From Phoronis australis (Eukaryota > Animalia > Phoronida), in the NCBI GenBank assembly GCA_002633005.1, contig NMRA01001192.1, positions 1 to 41,760 of the forward strand: DNA of 41,760 nucleotides, read 5' to 3'. Both the position numbers and the translations under genes were made by a program. Below the pieces are notes generated by a model, which saw only the letters and a program-made list of their open reading frames with translations, made no database searches and had not been told where the DNA came from. Of the stretch, positions 37,452-41,760 are shown piece by piece. Numbering within the stretch: position 1 is the stretch's first letter; every line of letters begins with the position of its first letter.

Positions 37452-37870
37452 TTTTCTCGCGGTAATCCACCAAAAGGAGGTCGATATGAACTCTTGTAGA
37501 TAAAAATGCTAATATAATATACATGTATATGAAATAAAGCGCACCAATAATCTGTTTTAAAAGCAATATTTAGCACGAAAAAATGTTTTAAATTTCAGAA
37601 ATATTATGCATTTTTACTTTTATTCAATTATGGCTGCTGTTGAGTTTGGAGACTATGCAAGTTTCGTTTCCTACTTCCGCTGTCTGAAAGAAGTCTAATT
37701 TACCTACTTACAGTTGCTGATACAAAAACTCTTACAGAACGATCAACTTAAGCCGTCGAGGACTGCGTTGTAGCAGATTGTGTTTGTATTTTATTACTCG
37801 TCCTGTTTCCTATCCCTGATTTGTAGTTGATGATGACAAGCTTATACTTGAGTTGTAAACAGGTATTACT
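37452..37870. promoter_or_regulatory. Putative bidirectional promoter / 5' UTRs between U2AF1 and PSENEN
   Basis: Divergent gene orientation; YY1-like AAAATGGCCG over the U2AF1 ATG, ATGGCTGC at ~37630 and ETS-like ACTTCCG at ~37673. The PSENEN coding exon is preceded by a splice acceptor, implying an upstream non-coding exon. TSSs are not determinable from sequence. Confidence 0.5.
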
Positions 37871-39134
37871 TTAGCTGTCCTGACTCCTGAGTCAGAGAGT
37901 GAGACTGTCACTGAGGCCGAGTCGAGGTTTGTGGCGTATCAGTATGACGCGTTATTTTGCGACAGTGTCCTTTTGTGTTTTCATTTCGGCAATGGTCGTA
38001 TCATAAGTGATCCCTTAATTAGAGAACCAGTTTCATCCATTTATTAGTTCCCACATTACTGCAAGTGGTGTGGATTTTTTATGATTATCAGAACCCAATA
38101 CAGGTCATTTGGATGAATCACTTTTACCATTTGTATTTATCTTATAGAGGGAGTGTCCTGCAAAACTTTGACATGCCACACAGCACTCTTTGTCATCAAT
38201 TTCAGTTCTGGTAACCGATAAAAAAGCAACATTTCCGTCGACGGTAATTTTAGAACTTTCAGTAGGCAAGCTTTTTTCGTTTGTCGCAAGCACCAATTTG
38301 GCTCACCAACCAGTGCCAAATTGAAGTGCGCAAATAAGTTTAGACTACAACACCCACACTGAGCATTCGGATTCTTGTATTGCCAAATACCCGCACTATA
38401 GAAATTAACAATATGTGTTACTTTAGTTGTGCCAAATCTTATACATCATGTTACGAAAATAATAACATATTTTGTGAGGTTGCTTTATTTTGTTTGTTTG
38501 ATCAAGACATCGGGAAGTTTTTATGTCTGAATTACTGCTTACTCTGCAATATTAAAATTTTATTGGCATCAGAATTTTGAATGACAAAATGCAAAGTTGT
38601 TATTGATACAGCAGTGACATATAAAATGTATGGGACAAGTGCCCCAGATACACCCAGCTATGTGGGTGAACTTGGAATCCTGCTTAATCTCAAGATCACA
38701 TATACGAGAACTTGGAATACACGAGCAAACTTGAAAAGGTCAATCAAATCACGTTCATGTTGATAAAATCACATTCATGGTGATGAAAATTTGTTCTGCA
38801 CTAAATGCAATTATGTTTTAGTAAAATATTAGAAATTTTTGCCAACTTTTTTTTCAACTATTGGCGATCTTATTCACCAAGCGATATTCGATTTAACCAG
38901 TCACGTATCCTTTCAGTTCTACGACACAAGTTACGATTAAGGAGAAAATGGGTGATCATGAGGCCAATAATCACAAACATTCTTTACACTGTACAAAAAA
39001 AATTCAATTTATTGCCTTTATGAATACTCAATTCCAAGTTCAGGCATACACGATCTTGAGATTAAGCAGGATTCTAAGATCATGTGCAACAATGTCACTT
39101 GAATTTGTTCATGTTTACAATGTAACAGGTAGCC

Positions 39135-39300
39135 ATGGATCTGCGCAAGGTTAAAGATGAGGACAAACTGGATCTATGCAGGAAGTATTTCCTTGGAGGC
39201 TGTGCACTTCTCCCTTTTATGTGGGTCATTAACTGTGTGTGGTTTTTCAACGAAGCCTTCAGGAAACCTGCATTTGAGCAGCAGTTACAGATTAAGAAAT
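39135..39300 (+). CDS. PSENEN: Gamma-secretase subunit PEN-2, first coding exon (166 nt); last exon not in the window
   Basis: [55 protein letters not shown] matches PEN-2 (KL.LCRKY.LGG.A.LPF.W..N..WFF.EAF..P...EQ.QIK); phase-1 donor gtgagt at 39301; acceptor just upstream of gccATGg. Confidence 0.96.
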
Positions 39301-39629
39301 GTGAGTTCAATCCAAGCCGTGCACCTTTTAACCATTTTATGGTCTTTGGATTCTATTTTGAGTTAGGCATGTCCTTGAAATCCAAAATTAAACGAGTTTC
39401 AATCAAGGAGGCAATGAAGTCTGTTAAAAGTTTTGGGTGGGTGTGATCTCCCTGGTTGCTGTTTTTTATTACTTTTGTGTCTATTTTTTGCCATCCAGCT
39501 TCATATCCACAAANTGTTATCCATTTCCAGACAAATCTGTCAACTATGGTGCCTCTAGTGGCAGTTTTTGTGCTTGATTTTATGCTAGTACCTACCATGT
39601 TCCTTATTGGGTCCACATGAAGCTTGGGG

Positions 39630-39671
39630 TTATTTATTTATTTTATTTATTTATTTATTATTTTATTATTA
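39630..39671. repeat. (TTTA)n low-complexity tract
   Basis: Read directly. Confidence 0.85.
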
Positions 39672-40839
39672 TGATATTTAAAATGAGGGTGGCCTCTTCA
39701 GTGATAGCTCTGTTTCTGTTGAGGAGAGCATGGCTGGCATTGATTTGTGGATGGATCTGACTCCTTGTGGCACGTTTAGTTTTGTTGTACTTCTGTACCT
39801 GCCGAGTTCTGTGATCAATGGATCTTCATAAAATTTGGCAAATATGTTCATATGAAGGATTGAACAGAACTTGCTTGAGACGGAGTGGGAGAATGCTGTG
39901 TCCCCTAGTGGCACACTGTTTTTTGCATCTGTCTCTCCGTCAAGGAAACCATTAACCATGGCTCTTTTTAGTTTCCTGCGAGAAATTAGGCAAAAGTTAC
40001 CTCAAATTATTTCAGTGCCCTGTGGCCGACATTTTGCTCACTGATGTTGAGTTTTCCTGACATGTGGCATGGAAAACCTTGCGCTGTACACCAGACTGAG
40101 TCAGAGACCACTTTCACATCTATTCATAGCGTTAGGCCTCTGCTTTAGATTCCCTACTTTTTTGTGATCCACTGCTGCTCTGTCAAGGAGGGCTCCATTT
40201 AATAAGTCAACCATATGATTGTTAGTAGAATGAATGTTCATATCACTGACTGCGTTAGAATATGGGTAATGGAATGTTACCTATCATGTAAGTTTTTGGA
40301 CTAACTTTCAGTTTCTCGGTCTTATCTCGAGACTTTCGTCGGTCTTCATAAATGTACATAACTTTGAGAGGTAACTTTACATTACCCACATAATTCTTGT
40401 TCTTGGCACAATCCATGACAGCTAACATTTTAAATTCTGACGAAGAGACTTTTTTTCAGCTCTTGTTAAAAGGCATGTTTGGTTCTGCCTCAACATATTT
40501 TTAATGTGTTCTAGCTGACGATAGTCGAAATTTCCTATTTGTCTTTTGTATGCACTTGCATGTTTTTAAAAAGCATCACACTGATGTTGCGTTCCTTTGT
40601 TGTGGTTTGCGTAATGAATATTCTGCAAACATCAAAAATATTTTAGACAAAATAACCCAGAATTCCAAGTCATGGCAGCTGGGTAGTAGCCAAATTCATC
40701 GTCACGAGAAGTTAAAGTCAGTAATTGGCTAAGCCATTCTGTTACTATAGTTTTGTCCTCATAATCATTTTTGCCAGTCAGTTTTGCTGTGATGCAAATT
40801 AGTGGTCATGACAGGAAACATTATTTTGTCTGAATCCTT

Positions 40840-41136
40840 TTATCTTGTAGGCCTACTGNCAACAAACATTGATTGACTAACTACGCAAGAGGCCCAATCA
40901 AACAATGAAATCGCGCTTAGCATCAAATTGCTTGGAGTAACATTCTTCGACAGAACGAAGAGAAATATCATATTTGTCAAAATGGTGACAGCGCCTACAG
41001 ACGGGAATAGGTACCCATAGAGGAACGGGTCAACCCCAGCGAGATAATTCACTGGGACTATCGAGTTTGACGTAATGTTCGACGAATTCCCATGGAATAT
41101 GCGCAGGGGATTGCCTGATCCACTTTCGTCCGCCAT
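40840..41136 (-). pseudogene. Class A peptide-GPCR N-terminus to TM2 (sex-peptide-receptor/myosuppressin/srw-like); truncated copy or first exon
   Basis: ccaccATGg Kozak context; N-glycosylation sequons NSS and NIT; TM1 YGYLFPSVGAVTILTNMIFLFVLSK; ICL1-TM2 TPSNLMLSAISLFD; reading frame stops shortly after an ambiguous base at 40859. Confidence 0.7.
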
Positions 41137-41339
41137 GGTGGAGACGTCTCTACAAAAATTGGAAACGAGTTGATATCTACGACTTGATCGATGTCGATCA
41201 GCATGCATGAATAAAAATATAATTGTGAAGTTGCATCATGTTAATAAACCATTTCTTAAATTGGTCAACAGCTATTTCAAAAATTATTTGTTACTAGTCA
41301 TTTGTAGTACTTTTAATTTCTGCTCAAGATTAATAAATA

Positions 41340-41640
41340 CAGTAAAAACCTTATAACAATTCCAGTCTTTGTGGTATCCAACACGGATTTTTTCTGAATT
41401 GTTTGAAATTGTAAGAGGTTGTCTTCAAGGTAATCCCATTTCTTCTCACCTGTTTGTATTGTGTTTAGAAATTTTAGGTTGGACAGGATGGTGTCATCAC
41501 TGGTGTCAATTTTGATATTTCAGAGTAAGCAGACGACACTTGTTTAATTTTGGACGGCTCTGAAGTGTCTTTGAAATCAATTGATCAATCTTCTGGTTTG
41601 AAGCTAAATATTGAGAAAACAAAAAAGTGTTTGGTTTGGT
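41340..41640 (+). pseudogene. L1/Tx1-like LINE reverse transcriptase fragment
   Basis: GFFSELFEIVRGCLQGNPISSHLFVLCLEIL, a degenerate ADDT region and SSGLKLNIEKT; frameshifted. Confidence 0.85.
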
Positions 41641-41760
41641 TAAAAAGGACTGCGATGAAAATTCTGCGTTAATGAAAACAAAACCATTCATGTTTTTGGA
41701 GATTTGTCTCTCCACTAATTACAGTATTATGCCCGATATTAACTTTACAAGTAGGCTTCT

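Noticed and set aside
39301-39446. C-terminal half of the 103-aa PSENEN ORF in the track
   Set aside because: Read-through into the intron after the gtgagt donor; PEN-2 similarity ends at 39300.

Overview
AT-rich, intron-containing invertebrate-type animal genomic DNA with one 751-N assembly gap; nothing here looks prokaryotic. The right end carries the recognisable host genes. Five coding exons of the splicing factor U2AF1/U2AF35 lie on the - strand (37451 down to 33317); its 3' half is not found in the window. U2AF1 is head-to-head with the first coding exon of the gamma-secretase subunit PEN-2/PSENEN (+ strand, 39135-39300), the same arrangement as human U2AF1L4-PSENEN. An antisense class A GPCR N-terminal fragment and an L1/Tx1-like RT fragment lie inside the PSENEN intron. 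The left ~20 kb is a degenerate head-to-tail array of a ~1.9-2 kb unit (about 8 partial copies). Read across copies, its + strand gives LRR, LRRCT, LRRNT, LRR, LRRCT, TM and TIR-like motifs in Toll order, which I interpret as a fossil multiple-cysteine-cluster Toll-like receptor array. That array and the middle of the window are heavily invaded by transposons: two TTAA-flanked Sola3-like elements, a Harbinger with a CTG TSD hosting nested insertions, hAT-like MITEs, Helentron-type elements whose internal satellite carries many same-orientation CTCF-like motifs, and a LINE RT fragment. Family assignments come from motif recognition by eye; no searches were run.
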